DNA of 57,791 bases from the IMG/VR virus record IMGVR_UViG_3300032116_019333, positions 1 through 57,791 of that record; one strand, written 5' to 3'. The notes under the pieces were generated by a model, which saw only the letters and a list, made by a program, of their open reading frames with translations, searched no databases and had not been told where the DNA came from. Source of the stretch: a virus (lineage: Duplodnaviria; Caudoviricetes). Positions 19,312-29,796 of this stretch are shown piece by piece (position 1 is the stretch's first letter; each line of letters opens with the position of its first letter). The position numbers and the translations under genes are program-made.

Positions 19312-22300
19312 ATGAGATCCATTCGCAACGCTTGTAGCCTCCAGCCTAACGCCCTCGAAATTACTGTCGGGGATCAGATTGAACAGCTCGACGAAATCAT
19401 TCGTGATACCGAAACCACCCAGTATTTTGACAAAACTTTCATCACTGGAGGCATGCGCGACCTCCTTGAAAAAGGGATCGCCCGCTTAGCCGGAAAATCG
19501 AACAATTCAATTTTCCATCTCAAACAAGCAATGGGTGGGGGCAAGACCCACCTCATGGTCGGCTTCGGCTTGTTGGCTAAAAATGCCGTGGACCGTGCCA
19601 AGTTAATCGGCGACATCCCCCATCAAAACGGGTTTAATAATGCCAAAATTGCCGCCTTTAATGGTCGCAATCGGCCACCCCATTACCTATGGGGTGAAAT
19701 CGCCTCCCAGCTCGGCAAGGAGTCATTGTTCCGCCAGTTCTGGGAATCCGGCACCAAGGCCCCCGATGAAAAAGCGTGGCTAGACCTCTTCGACAGCGAC
19801 GAACCGATCCTCATCCTGCTCGATGAGATGCCACCCTATTTCCAATATTACGCTACCCAATCGCTCGGTCAGGGCACCATCGCCGACGTCGTGACCAGTG
19901 CCTTCGCCTGCATGCTGACCGCCGCACAGAAGAAGAAAAACGTCTGCGTGGTCGTCTCTGACCTCTCCGCCGCCTACGACACCGGAGGAAAGCTCATCCA
20001 GCGCGCCCTCGATGACGCGAAGCAGGAGATCGGCCGAGCCGAGGTCTCCATCACCCCCGTCAATCTGGAGTCCGACGAGATATATCAAATTCTGCGCAAG
20101 CGACTCTTCGCCAAACTGCCCGATAAAAACGAAATTGCCGACATCGCCAGCGTTTACGCAGCCCGTCTTTCCGAAGCGGCTCGCGCCCGCAGCATTGAAC
20201 GCGGTGCCGATGCGCTCGCCAACGACATTGAATCCACATACCCCTTTCATCCAAGTTTCAAAAGCATCGTCGCGCTCTTCAAGGACAACGAAAAGTTCAA
20301 GCAAACCCGCGGCCTCATGGAGCTGGTTTCACGCCTTCTCAAATCCGTATGGAATACGCCCGAGGATGTCTACCTCATCGGTGCCCAGCATTTCGACCTC
20401 GGGCTGCCGGAAGTGAGGGAAAAACTCACGGAAATCTCCGCCATGCGCGATGTCATCGCCCGCGACTTGTGGGACTCCGGCCTGAGTGCTCATGCCCAGG
20501 TGATCGATCTCGCGGCCGGCACATCCTACACCCGGCAGGTGGGTGTACTCCTGCTCACTAGCAGCCTTTCCACCGCCGTCGATGCCGTCAAAGGCCTCAC
20601 CGAACCGGAACTCCTCGAATGTCTCATTGACCCCAACCGCAAGGCCAGTGACTTCCGCCCTGCCTTTGAAGCTCTCCAAAAAGCCGCTTGGTATCTCCAC
20701 AAAACTAAGGAGGGCCGCCACTACTTCAGCCACGCAGAAAACCTCACCAAAAAACTCGAAACCTACGCCGATAAAGCCCCTCAGCCTAAGGTGGACGAGC
20801 TAATCCGCACTCGCCTCAACGAGATGTATCGCCCCGTCACCCGCGAGGCCTACGAGAAAGTACTGCCTCTCCCCGAGATCGACGAGGCCGAGGCCAGCAT
20901 TAAAAACTCCCGTTCTCTGCTCATCATCAGCCCGGATGGCAAAACCCCGCCCGAAGCAGTCGCCCGCTTCTTCGATAGCCAAGTCAACAAAAACAACGTC
21001 CTCGTCCTCACCGGCGACCGCTCATCCATGGCAGATTTAGATAAGGCCGCTCGCCATGTTTACGCCGTTGCCAAGGCCGACGCCGAAATCAAAGCCGACC
21101 ACCCGCAACGAGCAGAACTGGACGACAAAAAGACCCAGTATGATCAGGATTTCCAATCCACCGTGCTCAACGTTTTCGATAAACTCCTGTTTCCCGGTAG
21201 ACAGGGAACTAGCGACCTCCTGCGGTCTAAGGTACTCGACGCTACATATCCCTCGAACGAATCCTACAACGGCGAAAAGCAGGTTATCAAGACCCTCACC
21301 AGCGACCCTATCAAACTCTACACCGATGTCGCCGCGAATTTCGACGCCCTACGCGCCCGCGCCGAACAGCTCCTTTTTGGAAATCAGGACGATGTCCGCA
21401 AGACCGACCTCATCGACAAATCCCGCCAATCCACCCAGATGCCGTGGCTCCCCGCTAAGAGCTTCGATCAATTCATAACAATGGCCTTCGGTCGCGGCTG
21501 GGAAGACCTAGGCAACGGCTACATCACCAAAAAGCCGCGCCCGAAAACCACCAAAGTCATCGTCCAGAGCGAGTCCACCGCCGACGACACTGGCACCTGC
21601 CGCCTGCGCCTCGAAAGCCAGCACGCCGGCCCTGCCCCGCGCATCCATTACGCCGAAGACGGCCCGGTGAGCGAAAAAAGCCCGGTATTGCACGACAACT
21701 GCCTCACAACCAAAGCCCTGCGCGTCCAATTCATCGCCGTCGATCCATCCGGGAGCAGCCAAACTGGCCCACCCACCACCTGGACGAACGATCTCACCTT
21801 GCGTAACCGCCTCGACGAAGAGGCCCGCACGGTAGAACTCTTCATCGCCCCGCGCGGTGCCATTCGGTACACTACCGATGGCACCGAGCCTCGCGAGGGC
21901 ACGCCCTACACTGGCCCAATCCCAATCGGTAAGGAGAAGGTGGACATGCTCGTCTTCGCCGAATGCGAGGGCCTAGAAGCCAAACGTACATTCAAGTTCC
22001 CCGCCGCTGGCTCCGATGATCTTTGTATCGTTAAGGATGCGCCCGCCATCGCTCGCTCCTCCACCCACCGCAAGCTCGACTCGTCCGCCAAAGCTCACGA
22101 AGGCATCCGGCTCGCCAAGGAAAAAGGCATCACCTTCCAGAATGTCACCATCATCCTTGGCTCCGCACCCAAGGTCATCCAGCTTGCACTTACCGAGATT
22201 CCAGTGGACGCCGAGTTCATCGAACAAACTCTTGCCCAACTCCAGCCGCTCCTCGATCCCGATGCTCCTTTGGTTTTGGGCTTCAAGCAGCTCAACACAC

Positions 22301-22377
22301 CGTCCGGCCACGATCTCGAACAATTCGCGAAAGCCCTTGGCATCGAACTTACCAACGAGGAGATTTATCAGGAATGA
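19312..22377 (+). CDS. DUF499 ATPase (restriction-like defence system, Gao_RL type)
   Basis: LKQAMGGGKTH Walker A, ILLDE, YPFHP; C-terminal Fn3-like repeats. Confidence 0.88.
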   Translation: MRSIRNACSLQPNALEITVGDQIEQLDEIIRDTETTQYFDKTFITGGMRDLLEKGIARLAGKSNNSIFHLKQAMGGGKTHLMVGFGLLAKNAVDRAKLIGDIPHQNGFNNAKIAAFNGRNRPPHYLWGEIASQLGKESLFRQFWESGTKAPDEKAWLDLFDSDEPILILLDEMPPYFQYYATQSLGQGTIADVVTSAFACMLTAAQKKKNVCVVVSDLSAAYDTGGKLIQRALDDAKQEIGRAEVSITPVNLESDEIYQILRKRLFAKLPDKNEIADIASVYAARLSEAARARSIERGADALANDIESTYPFHPSFKSIVALFKDNEKFKQTRGLMELVSRLLKSVWNTPEDVYLIGAQHFDLGLPEVREKLTEISAMRDVIARDLWDSGLSAHAQVIDLAAGTSYTRQVGVLLLTSSLSTAVDAVKGLTEPELLECLIDPNRKASDFRPAFEALQKAAWYLHKTKEGRHYFSHAENLTKKLETYADKAPQPKVDELIRTRLNEMYRPVTREAYEKVLPLPEIDEAEASIKNSRSLLIISPDGKTPPEAVARFFDSQVNKNNVLVLTGDRSSMADLDKAARHVYAVAKADAEIKADHPQRAELDDKKTQYDQDFQSTVLNVFDKLLFPGRQGTSDLLRSKVLDATYPSNESYNGEKQVIKTLTSDPIKLYTDVAANFDALRARAEQLLFGNQDDVRKTDLIDKSRQSTQMPWLPAKSFDQFITMAFGRGWEDLGNGYITKKPRPKTTKVIVQSESTADDTGTCRLRLESQHAGPAPRIHYAEDGPVSEKSPVLHDNCLTTKALRVQFIAVDPSGSSQTGPPTTWTNDLTLRNRLDEEARTVELFIAPRGAIRYTTDGTEPREGTPYTGPIPIGKEKVDMLVFAECEGLEAKRTFKFPAAGSDDLCIVKDAPAIARSSTHRKLDSSAKAHEGIRLAKEKGITFQNVTIILGSAPKVIQLALTEIPVDAEFIEQTLAQLQPLLDPDAPLVLGFKQLNTPSGHDLEQFAKALGIELTNEEIYQE

Positions 22378-22970
22378 GCATGTTGATTGATTTTGGTGCC
22401 CCTGTCAAATTCGGCACTCACCACTTCTTTGTCGAAATCCCGCCCGGCCCGCACGATGCCGTCTCGATCTTCGAGGACTTCGGCTTCGAGGGCGATGTGA
22501 ACCAACGCGAAAAAACCGAACATCGCGCTCTCGTTGCCCGCGAACTCTGGACCGCCATCCGCGACGAAGCCCGGCGCGATTTCAACCTCCGCCTCAAGGA
22601 GAAAAAACACAAACCCGGCACCTGGAACGCGGGCAAAACCAAGCTCGACCGCTTCCTAGGCAAGGAACTCTGCGTCCTCGCCTGGGCCGCAGAGCACGCC
22701 AGCCCGGAGGAATGCCCCATCCTTTGCCAAAAATGGCTCGCACTCCGCCCCGAGGAACGCTGGTGGCTCTACGCCAAAACCGCCGCCGAAGCTTCTAAGG
22801 CCGATCAAGGCCAGCGCGGCTGGCGCAAGGCTCTTTATTGCGCCCTCTCCGACGCCACCGGCATCACCCTTCGTACCAAGGCCAAGCCCAAGATTCGTGA
22901 AAAAGACAAACCCACCGCCGCACCCGAAGGGAATAGCCTCTTCGACTTCATCGAAAAAGGCGAAATCTAA
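22374..22970 (+). CDS. DUF3780 protein
   Basis: LDRFLGKELCVLAWA, WLALRPEERWWLY, GWRKAL. Confidence 0.88.
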   Translation: MSMLIDFGAPVKFGTHHFFVEIPPGPHDAVSIFEDFGFEGDVNQREKTEHRALVARELWTAIRDEARRDFNLRLKEKKHKPGTWNAGKTKLDRFLGKELCVLAWAAEHASPEECPILCQKWLALRPEERWWLYAKTAAEASKADQGQRGWRKALYCALSDATGITLRTKAKPKIREKDKPTAAPEGNSLFDFIEKGEI

Positions 22971-22994
22971 ATCCATCCTTCCTTCATCCTTCCA

Positions 22995-25900
22995 ATGACT
23001 CCCTTCTCCTGGCGTGACCGTTCCGCTCTCATCGAATCCCTTTTTCCCGTTCAGAAACTCTCCGTCGAGAGCTTCAAGGAGCAAATGGCGGGCTCGGGGA
23101 AGACGTTGACCGCGCTTGGCAGTTATTGGAAGGGACGCAAGCCGCTGGTGCTCAACAAAGCCTGCATTCTCGGTTGCCTTATGCCGACTTCAGACGATCC
23201 GCTGCGCGATTTGGAGGTGTTTGAATTGCTCATGGGCATGGACGACCGCTCGCTGGCTGTGCGCCTTGGCCGCATTAAACCTGATGAGGTGGCCCGCCGC
23301 GTGGGTGGATTATCGACCAGCGAATGGTTCGTGCCGAATGTCGAGGTCGAGCTGCCGGAGTCCACACCCTTTGAGGTTGATACCATTGCCTTCACCAATC
23401 CCAAATCCGGTAAGGCCAAATCGGTGCGCTTGTCCTGGAGGGATGGAGTGAGCGAAGCTGATCGCCTCGCCCTTGAAGTTCACGCCCTGCCGTTCCCCGA
23501 TTTTAAATCCAACGTAAGCTCGGCCAAACGTTGCGAGGAATTGGGTGATGCGCCCCACGCCCACATCTGGGACGAGGTGAATACCCACCTAGGCACACGT
23601 GCCCATAGTTTTGCCGAGTTGGTCGAGCAAATGGGCATCGCCCGCTTCGGCCACCGTCCCAAGGTAGCCGATGTATTTAGTGGTAGCGGTCAAATCCCCT
23701 TCGAGGCGGCCCGTCTCGGTTGTGATGTCTATGCCTCCGACCTCAACCCCATCGCATGCATGTTGACCTGGGGGGCTTTCAACATCATCGGGGCCACCCC
23801 GAAAAAGCGCGCGGAACTGTCGCGCAAGCAAAAGGAACTGGCCACCAAGGTGCAGGCAGAAATCGATGCGCTTGGCGTGGAAGAAGATGGCAAGGGCTGG
23901 CGGGCGAAAGCCTTTCTCTACTGCATCGAGGTCATCTGCCCGGAGTCGGGCTGGAAGGTGCCACTGATTCCTTCATTATACATATCAAAACATTATCGGG
24001 TTATTGCTAAATTACGTCCAGATTTTGATAAAAAACGATATGGTATTGAAATTCTAGATAACCCATCTGACGATGAATTTCTTTCAGCTGCGGTAGGCAC
24101 GGTGCAGGCTGGGGATCTAGTTCATTCACCAGATGGAGTAAACATTTACCGAACCAGCATCAAGTCAATCCGTGGCGATTACAAGCAGGGTAAAGAAAAT
24201 CGCAACAGGCTCCGCATGTGGGAAAAAGAGGATTTTTTTCCTCGGCCGACTGACATTATGCAGGAGCGGCTGTATGCCATCCAATGGATGCGTCGGAAAT
24301 TAGAAGGAACGCAGTGGGATTGCGAATTTCGAGCGGTCACTGACGAAGACCTCGAACGCGAACAAACTGTCATCGACTATGTGGGTGAACATCTGACCGA
24401 ATGGCAGGAAAAAGGCTTTGTGCCCGATATGCGAATCGAGCCAGGATACAATACGGATCAACCTATCCGGGAGCGCGGCTGGACGCACTGGCATCACCTT
24501 TTCAACCCGCGGCAGCTATTAGTAAATTGCTTCATTAACCGAGTTGCTTCTAGCATCCCTGAATTTGCTGTGATGCTCCCCGGTATCTTGAATCTTCAAT
24601 CAAAACTATGTGCATGGCATAATGACGGGAGAAAAGGAGGGTGTCAAAATGCATTCTCAAACCAAGCACTAAACACCCTACTGAATTACGGCGCGCGGGG
24701 ATCACAGGATTTGGTTCATTATCTTTTCAAGGTCTCCAAGTTTCTTGAACTGCCGGTCTCAACTGGAATAAGTTGCCTGCCCGCAGAGCTTGTGTCTCAA
24801 GGAAACGACCTCTTCATCACCGATCCGCCCTATGGCGACGCCGTGAAATATGAAGAGATCACGGAATTTTTCATTGCCTGGCTGCGAAAGAATCCGCCGA
24901 AGGAATTTGCGGATTGGACCTGGGACAGCCGCCGAGCGCTGGCAATCAAGGGCGAGGACGACGATTTCCGGCGGGGCATGATCCGCGCCTACCGGCGCAC
25001 GCGCGAGTTGATGCCGGATAACGGCATGCAGGTGGTCATGTTCACCCACCAGAGCGGTAGCATCTGGGCGGACATGGCCAACATCATCTGGGCCAGCGGC
25101 CTGCAAGTGACGGCTGCCTGGTATGTAGTCACCGAGACGGATTCAGCCCTGCGGCAGGGGGCAAATGTGACTGGTACCATCATGCTCGTCCTACGAAAGC
25201 GTATCGGCCAAGCTGCCAGTTTTCGCGATGATCTTGGCTGGGAGATTGAAGCGGCAGTGAAACAACAGATTGAGGCATTGACGGGTCTCGACCAGAAAGT
25301 GCGCGACAAAGGATCAGAAGGCCTCTACACCGATGCGGATCTGCAAATGGCCGGCTACGCCGCTGCACTCAAGGTACTCACCGCCTATTCTCACATTGAT
25401 GGCAAGGACATGGTTGTTGAGGCAGAGGTCCCTAAGCTCGCTGGTCGCAAATCGTTTGTCGAAGAGCTAATCGACTTTGCCGTGCAGACTGCCGTGCAAT
25501 TCCTCGTGCCCATTGGATTCGATAAGAGCGAGTGGCAGAAACTCAGCGCCATCGAGCGCTTTTACCTCAAAATGGCCGAGATGGAGGCAATGGGAGAGAA
25601 GTCTCTCGACAACTACCAGAACTTCTCAAAAGCCTTCAAAGTGAAGAACTTCAACGCCGTAATGAGCGACAGCAGCAAGGCAAACCACGCCCGGCTCAAG
25701 CTATCTACCGAGTTGAAAACCGCCCATATTAGTGGTGAGGGCGAACTCCCCGGGACACCGCTGCGCGCCCTGCTCTACGCCCTCTTCGAATTGTCGAAAG
25801 GCATTGAGGTGGACGACGTGCTCAACCACCTGGGCCAGACTCACCCACATTACCTGCGCGATAAAAAACTCATCGCAAAAATTGCTGACTACCTGGCCAA

Positions 25901-26000
25901 CAAGCGTGCCGCGCTAAAAGCTACCAAAACCTTTGACCCCCAACCCGAAGCCCAAAACGCACGCATTCTAGCAGAGGCGATTCGCAATCAGAAGCTGTAA
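22995..26000 (+). CDS. DUF1156 amino-DNA methyltransferase
   Basis: GKTLTALGSYWKGRKPL, ADVFSGSGQIP (motif I), TDPPYGD (motif IV). Confidence 0.9.
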   Translation: MTPFSWRDRSALIESLFPVQKLSVESFKEQMAGSGKTLTALGSYWKGRKPLVLNKACILGCLMPTSDDPLRDLEVFELLMGMDDRSLAVRLGRIKPDEVARRVGGLSTSEWFVPNVEVELPESTPFEVDTIAFTNPKSGKAKSVRLSWRDGVSEADRLALEVHALPFPDFKSNVSSAKRCEELGDAPHAHIWDEVNTHLGTRAHSFAELVEQMGIARFGHRPKVADVFSGSGQIPFEAARLGCDVYASDLNPIACMLTWGAFNIIGATPKKRAELSRKQKELATKVQAEIDALGVEEDGKGWRAKAFLYCIEVICPESGWKVPLIPSLYISKHYRVIAKLRPDFDKKRYGIEILDNPSDDEFLSAAVGTVQAGDLVHSPDGVNIYRTSIKSIRGDYKQGKENRNRLRMWEKEDFFPRPTDIMQERLYAIQWMRRKLEGTQWDCEFRAVTDEDLEREQTVIDYVGEHLTEWQEKGFVPDMRIEPGYNTDQPIRERGWTHWHHLFNPRQLLVNCFINRVASSIPEFAVMLPGILNLQSKLCAWHNDGRKGGCQNAFSNQALNTLLNYGARGSQDLVHYLFKVSKFLELPVSTGISCLPAELVSQGNDLFITDPPYGDAVKYEEITEFFIAWLRKNPPKEFADWTWDSRRALAIKGEDDDFRRGMIRAYRRTRELMPDNGMQVVMFTHQSGSIWADMANIIWASGLQVTAAWYVVTETDSALRQGANVTGTIMLVLRKRIGQAASFRDDLGWEIEAAVKQQIEALTGLDQKVRDKGSEGLYTDADLQMAGYAAALKVLTAYSHIDGKDMVVEAEVPKLAGRKSFVEELIDFAVQTAVQFLVPIGFDKSEWQKLSAIERFYLKMAEMEAMGEKSLDNYQNFSKAFKVKNFNAVMSDSSKANHARLKLSTELKTAHISGEGELPGTPLRALLYALFELSKGIEVDDVLNHLGQTHPHYLRDKKLIAKIADYLANKRAALKATKTFDPQPEAQNARILAEAIRNQKL

Positions 26001-26008
26001 TTACGAGA

Positions 26009-28738
26009 ATGGCCATCCGCAGACATTCCTCCCGAAGTGCGAAGCTCGACACCGAGTTTCTGGCAAAGACTTTGCAGGGTGCCAGCAAATATCTACGTAT
26101 CGCGGGCTATTTCCGCAGCTCGATCTTTGAGCTGGTCGGCGAGGAAATCGCACGGATTCCGGAGGTGAAAATCATCTGCAATTCGGAACTCGATTTGAAG
26201 GACTTCCAGGTCGCCAGCGGACGTGAAATTGCCCTCAAGGAGCGCTGGAATCAGGTGGATGTTGGCGCGGAAGCGGTGCTCCATCAGGAGCGGTATACTC
26301 GACTCGACGCCCTCTTGAAAGCGGGCAATGTCGAGATCCGCGTGGTTCCACGAGAGCGGCTGTTTCTCCACGGTAAGGCCGGCTCTGTCCACTATCCAGA
26401 CGGCCGCCGATGCGCCTTCGTTGGATCGGTGAACGAAACCCGGCGCGCCTTCGCCCATAACTATGAATTGATCTGGGAAGACGACGATGAGGCTGCCGCC
26501 GCATGGGTGGAAGCCGAGTTCGACGCCCTGTGGAAAGATGGGGTGCCACTTCCCGATGCGATTCTCAAGGAAATCGAACGTGTGGCAAACCGGCAGGAGG
26601 TGACAGTGGAAGCGCTTTCCCCAAAAGCGGTGGCAGCGGCGGCACTGGCGGAGGCCCCGATCTACCGGGGCGGCGAACAACTCCAGCCATGGCAGCGCTC
26701 ATTTGTGACCCTGTTCCTCGATCACCGCGAAACCTACGGCAGCGCCCGGCTTCTATTGGCAGATGAGGTAGGCGTCGGCAAGACGCTGTCGATGGCAGCA
26801 AGTGCCTTGGTGAGCACGCTGCTGGGTGACGGCCCTGCGCTGATACTCGCGCCTTCGACTCTGACTGCCCAATGGCAAATCGAACTGATGGATAAACTCG
26901 GCATCCCGAGCGCGGTGTGGTCGTCCCAAGCCAAGGTCTGGCTTGGCCCGGAAGGACAGCAGCTATCGCCCAAGGGGAATCCGGCAACGATCAAAAATTG
27001 TCCCTACCAGATCGCCATTGTTTCCACCGGCCTTATAACTCATCAACGGGACGGCGGGAATTTTATTAAGGAGGCAGCCGCCTTGCTGCAACGTCGCTTC
27101 GGTTGCGTGATCCTTGACGAGGCGCACAAGGCAAGAGTCAGCGGTGGCATCGGCAACGAAGTGCGTGAGCCAAACAATTTGCTCGCCTTCATGACGGCAA
27201 TCGCCCGCCAAACCCGCCATCTCATTCTCGGCACAGCGACACCGATCCAAACCGAAGTCGGCGAGTTGTGGGAACTGATGAAAATCCTCGGCAGTGGCGC
27301 GGATTTCGTAATCGGCGATTCCTTTTCGCCATGGCGTGATATGGATGAGGCTATCCCCCTCATCACCGGCAATCAAAAGCCCCGCACTGCTGCCGAGGCC
27401 TGGAACTGGCTACGCAACCCCTTGCCCCCGGCGGGCGAAGATCTGCTTTTCCAAAACTTACGGGATGGCTTGGGCATCCGACCGGATCACAATGGGAGTC
27501 CCCACCGTTTTGAGGATTTGGACTACCTGTTGCAGGAAGTTCATCTGCCGGAGGCGCTGGCCGATGGATTTTTCCAGCGACATAATCCGCTGCTCCGCCA
27601 TGTGGTATTGCGCAAGCGCAGCGAACTTGAAGCAGCTGGGTTACTGGAGAAAGTGGGCGTCAAGACCCATCCGTTACGCGAACAACGTGACCTGTATCAG
27701 AATCGATTCGTCACACTCGGCATTCACACAAACCGGCCGTTTGAGGTGGCCTACGAGCAGGCCGAAGAGTTTTCGCGACTGCTCCAAAAGCGCACTAAGT
27801 CCGGTGGATTCATGAAATCTCTGATGCTCCAGCGGATTTGCTCCAGCTTCGCATCCGGGCGCGGGACGGCCGAGAAAATGCTTAAACGCTCGCTGCCTGA
27901 CGACAGTCGCGATCAGGAACGCTTGCAAGAGGAGAAGGAACACCTCCTGAGCGGAATGAGCGCCGCTGAGATTGCGTGTTTGAAGGAAATCGTAACCCAG
28001 CTCTCACGGCCTGAGGCGGTGGATTCCAAACTCGAAACTGTGCGCTGGTTTCTCACCGAATTTCGCTCCGAGGGAAAATCTTGGCTTGAGCATGGATGCA
28101 TCATTTTCAGCCAGTATTTTGACACCACCCAGTGGTTTGCAAAGGAGTTGTCGGCTTCGTTGCCAGATGAAGTCGTTGCGGTTTATGCAGGAGCAGGGAA
28201 GAGCGGGCTTTTTCGCAACGGGCAATTCAGCACCGTCGGACGCGAAACGATCAAGGCCGCCGTTAAGGAACGGGAACTACGATTGCTCGTCGCCACCGAT
28301 GCCGCATGCGAAGGACTAAACCTCCAGACCCTCGGCACCCTGATCAATGTGGATCTTCCCTGGAACCCATCCCGCCTCGAACAACGGCTTGGCCGCATCA
28401 AGCGCTTCGGCCAAGCCCGCAAGTTCGTGGACATGCTCAACTTGGTCTATGCCGGAACACAAGATGAAAAGGTTTATAATGTTCTCTCAGAACGTCTCAA
28501 GGACACCTACGACATCTTCGGTAGCATCCCAGAAACAATCCAGGATGAGTGGATCGAAGACGAACAGTTGCTTCGCCTGAAAATGGACGAATACATACAC
28601 GAGCGCAACAAAGCGCAAAATGCGTTTTCCGTAAGATACAGATCTAGCGTTGATCCCGAAGCGCACAAGTGGGAATACTGCTCCCAGGTTTTATCAAGAA
28701 GAGATGTGGGATCACGACTAAGTGCGCCTTGGAAATAG
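26009..28738 (+). CDS. PLD-nuclease plus SNF2 helicase
   Basis: LHGKAG...GSVN, LADEVGVGKT, DEAH, EGLNLQ, PWNPSRLEQRLGRIKR. Confidence 0.9.
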   Translation: MAIRRHSSRSAKLDTEFLAKTLQGASKYLRIAGYFRSSIFELVGEEIARIPEVKIICNSELDLKDFQVASGREIALKERWNQVDVGAEAVLHQERYTRLDALLKAGNVEIRVVPRERLFLHGKAGSVHYPDGRRCAFVGSVNETRRAFAHNYELIWEDDDEAAAAWVEAEFDALWKDGVPLPDAILKEIERVANRQEVTVEALSPKAVAAAALAEAPIYRGGEQLQPWQRSFVTLFLDHRETYGSARLLLADEVGVGKTLSMAASALVSTLLGDGPALILAPSTLTAQWQIELMDKLGIPSAVWSSQAKVWLGPEGQQLSPKGNPATIKNCPYQIAIVSTGLITHQRDGGNFIKEAAALLQRRFGCVILDEAHKARVSGGIGNEVREPNNLLAFMTAIARQTRHLILGTATPIQTEVGELWELMKILGSGADFVIGDSFSPWRDMDEAIPLITGNQKPRTAAEAWNWLRNPLPPAGEDLLFQNLRDGLGIRPDHNGSPHRFEDLDYLLQEVHLPEALADGFFQRHNPLLRHVVLRKRSELEAAGLLEKVGVKTHPLREQRDLYQNRFVTLGIHTNRPFEVAYEQAEEFSRLLQKRTKSGGFMKSLMLQRICSSFASGRGTAEKMLKRSLPDDSRDQERLQEEKEHLLSGMSAAEIACLKEIVTQLSRPEAVDSKLETVRWFLTEFRSEGKSWLEHGCIIFSQYFDTTQWFAKELSASLPDEVVAVYAGAGKSGLFRNGQFSTVGRETIKAAVKERELRLLVATDAACEGLNLQTLGTLINVDLPWNPSRLEQRLGRIKRFGQARKFVDMLNLVYAGTQDEKVYNVLSERLKDTYDIFGSIPETIQDEWIEDEQLLRLKMDEYIHERNKAQNAFSVRYRSSVDPEAHKWEYCSQVLSRRDVGSRLSAPWK

Positions 28739-28756
28739 TGTTTACTGGGCTTTGTT

Positions 28757-29791
28757 TCAATCTAATCGCGGCTTGGGAAGCGGATCGCGTACTAACTCAT
28801 ATCGAAGTGCTGAACCTTTACCATGACTCTTCACATCTTCCGACACAAGCAGATCTTCAATTTCTTCCCCGACAAGCCTACCAGTAATGCCTAAACTTTT
28901 AGCTAATAGGGTTCTCAGCTGATTGTTCTTCTCGCGGAGCTCTCTCAAGATTTTCAACTGTAATGGGCTGAAAGTCTGAGAAGCATCCTCATCGGGCGTC
29001 ATGCCTGCGACTCTGATCTGGATCTTCGGACCAAGTGAATATCCAGTATCATCCGTAACAACGATGTCATTGCCAACCGCATGGATGCTATGGTGTTTGA
29101 GTAACGCTTCACAGGATTTATCTCGAATTTGCCGCACGGCATCACCAGCCGCTTTCTCCCCATTTTCGAAATGACATTCGTTCGCAAGTTGAACGCCGCC
29201 TAGTGTGATCTTACCGCCCGCCTCCTTCTTGGCTCGGAGGCGTTCCAATACAGACCGCATTTGCGATTTTCGCCCTGTGAGTTTTCGCCCATTTATTTCA
29301 ACTCGGTCTTCGAAAAACTCTATGACAGCACCGGAAAATGGATGCACTGTCGGTTCACTTGCTTGCCCTCTTGATTCGTTATCCTTTGGAGGCCGCTTGA
29401 CCAGAGCCTCCTTGATCTTCCTTTCAAGTGGGTGATCTTCGCCAAACGGCTTTCCAACAAAGTCATCAGCTCCCTCTTTCATCAATTCCACTCCAACATG
29501 GTAGGATTCAAGATCGTTTGCAGTCATGATGATAACAGTCGTTACAGGGTGACCGAGCGGACCTCGGATCTTGTGAAGCAGGTTGCGACCATACTGTTTA
29601 TCCGCCTGCCCACCAAACCTTAACGGAATTGCCAAATCTAAAAGAATGTAATCGTAAGATTGCCGACGAAGAAACTCCTCAGCCTCTTCCTGTGAAGAAG
29701 CTGAATCAAACGTGTGATCAAGCGACTCAAGCTTCTCTCCAACAATTTGAAGGATCTGTTCATGGTCATCAATGACAAGTGCGTGTGGCAT
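28757..29791 (-). CDS. Response regulator with receiver and wHTH output domains
   Basis: LVIDD, ILLDLAIP (phospho-Asp), IMTA, FVGKPF; OmpR-like wing (IVVTDDTGYSL) plus a second C-terminal HTH. Confidence 0.85.
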   Translation of the reverse strand: MPHALVIDDHEQILQIVGEKLESLDHTFDSASSQEEAEEFLRRQSYDYILLDLAIPLRFGGQADKQYGRNLLHKIRGPLGHPVTTVIIMTANDLESYHVGVELMKEGADDFVGKPFGEDHPLERKIKEALVKRPPKDNESRGQASEPTVHPFSGAVIEFFEDRVEINGRKLTGRKSQMRSVLERLRAKKEAGGKITLGGVQLANECHFENGEKAAGDAVRQIRDKSCEALLKHHSIHAVGNDIVVTDDTGYSLGPKIQIRVAGMTPDEDASQTFSPLQLKILRELREKNNQLRTLLAKSLGITGRLVGEEIEDLLVSEDVKSHGKGSALRYELVRDPLPKPRLD

Positions 29792-29796
29792 AGTGG

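Noticed and set aside
22971-22994. ATCCATCCTTCCTTCATCCTTCCA pyrimidine-rich micro-repeat
   Set aside because: Short single low-complexity spacer with no further support.
15098-28738. PRTase-DprA and DUF499/3780/1156/PLD-helicase operons as the novel system
   Set aside because: Both match described anti-phage systems (ShosTA-like and Gao_RL-type).
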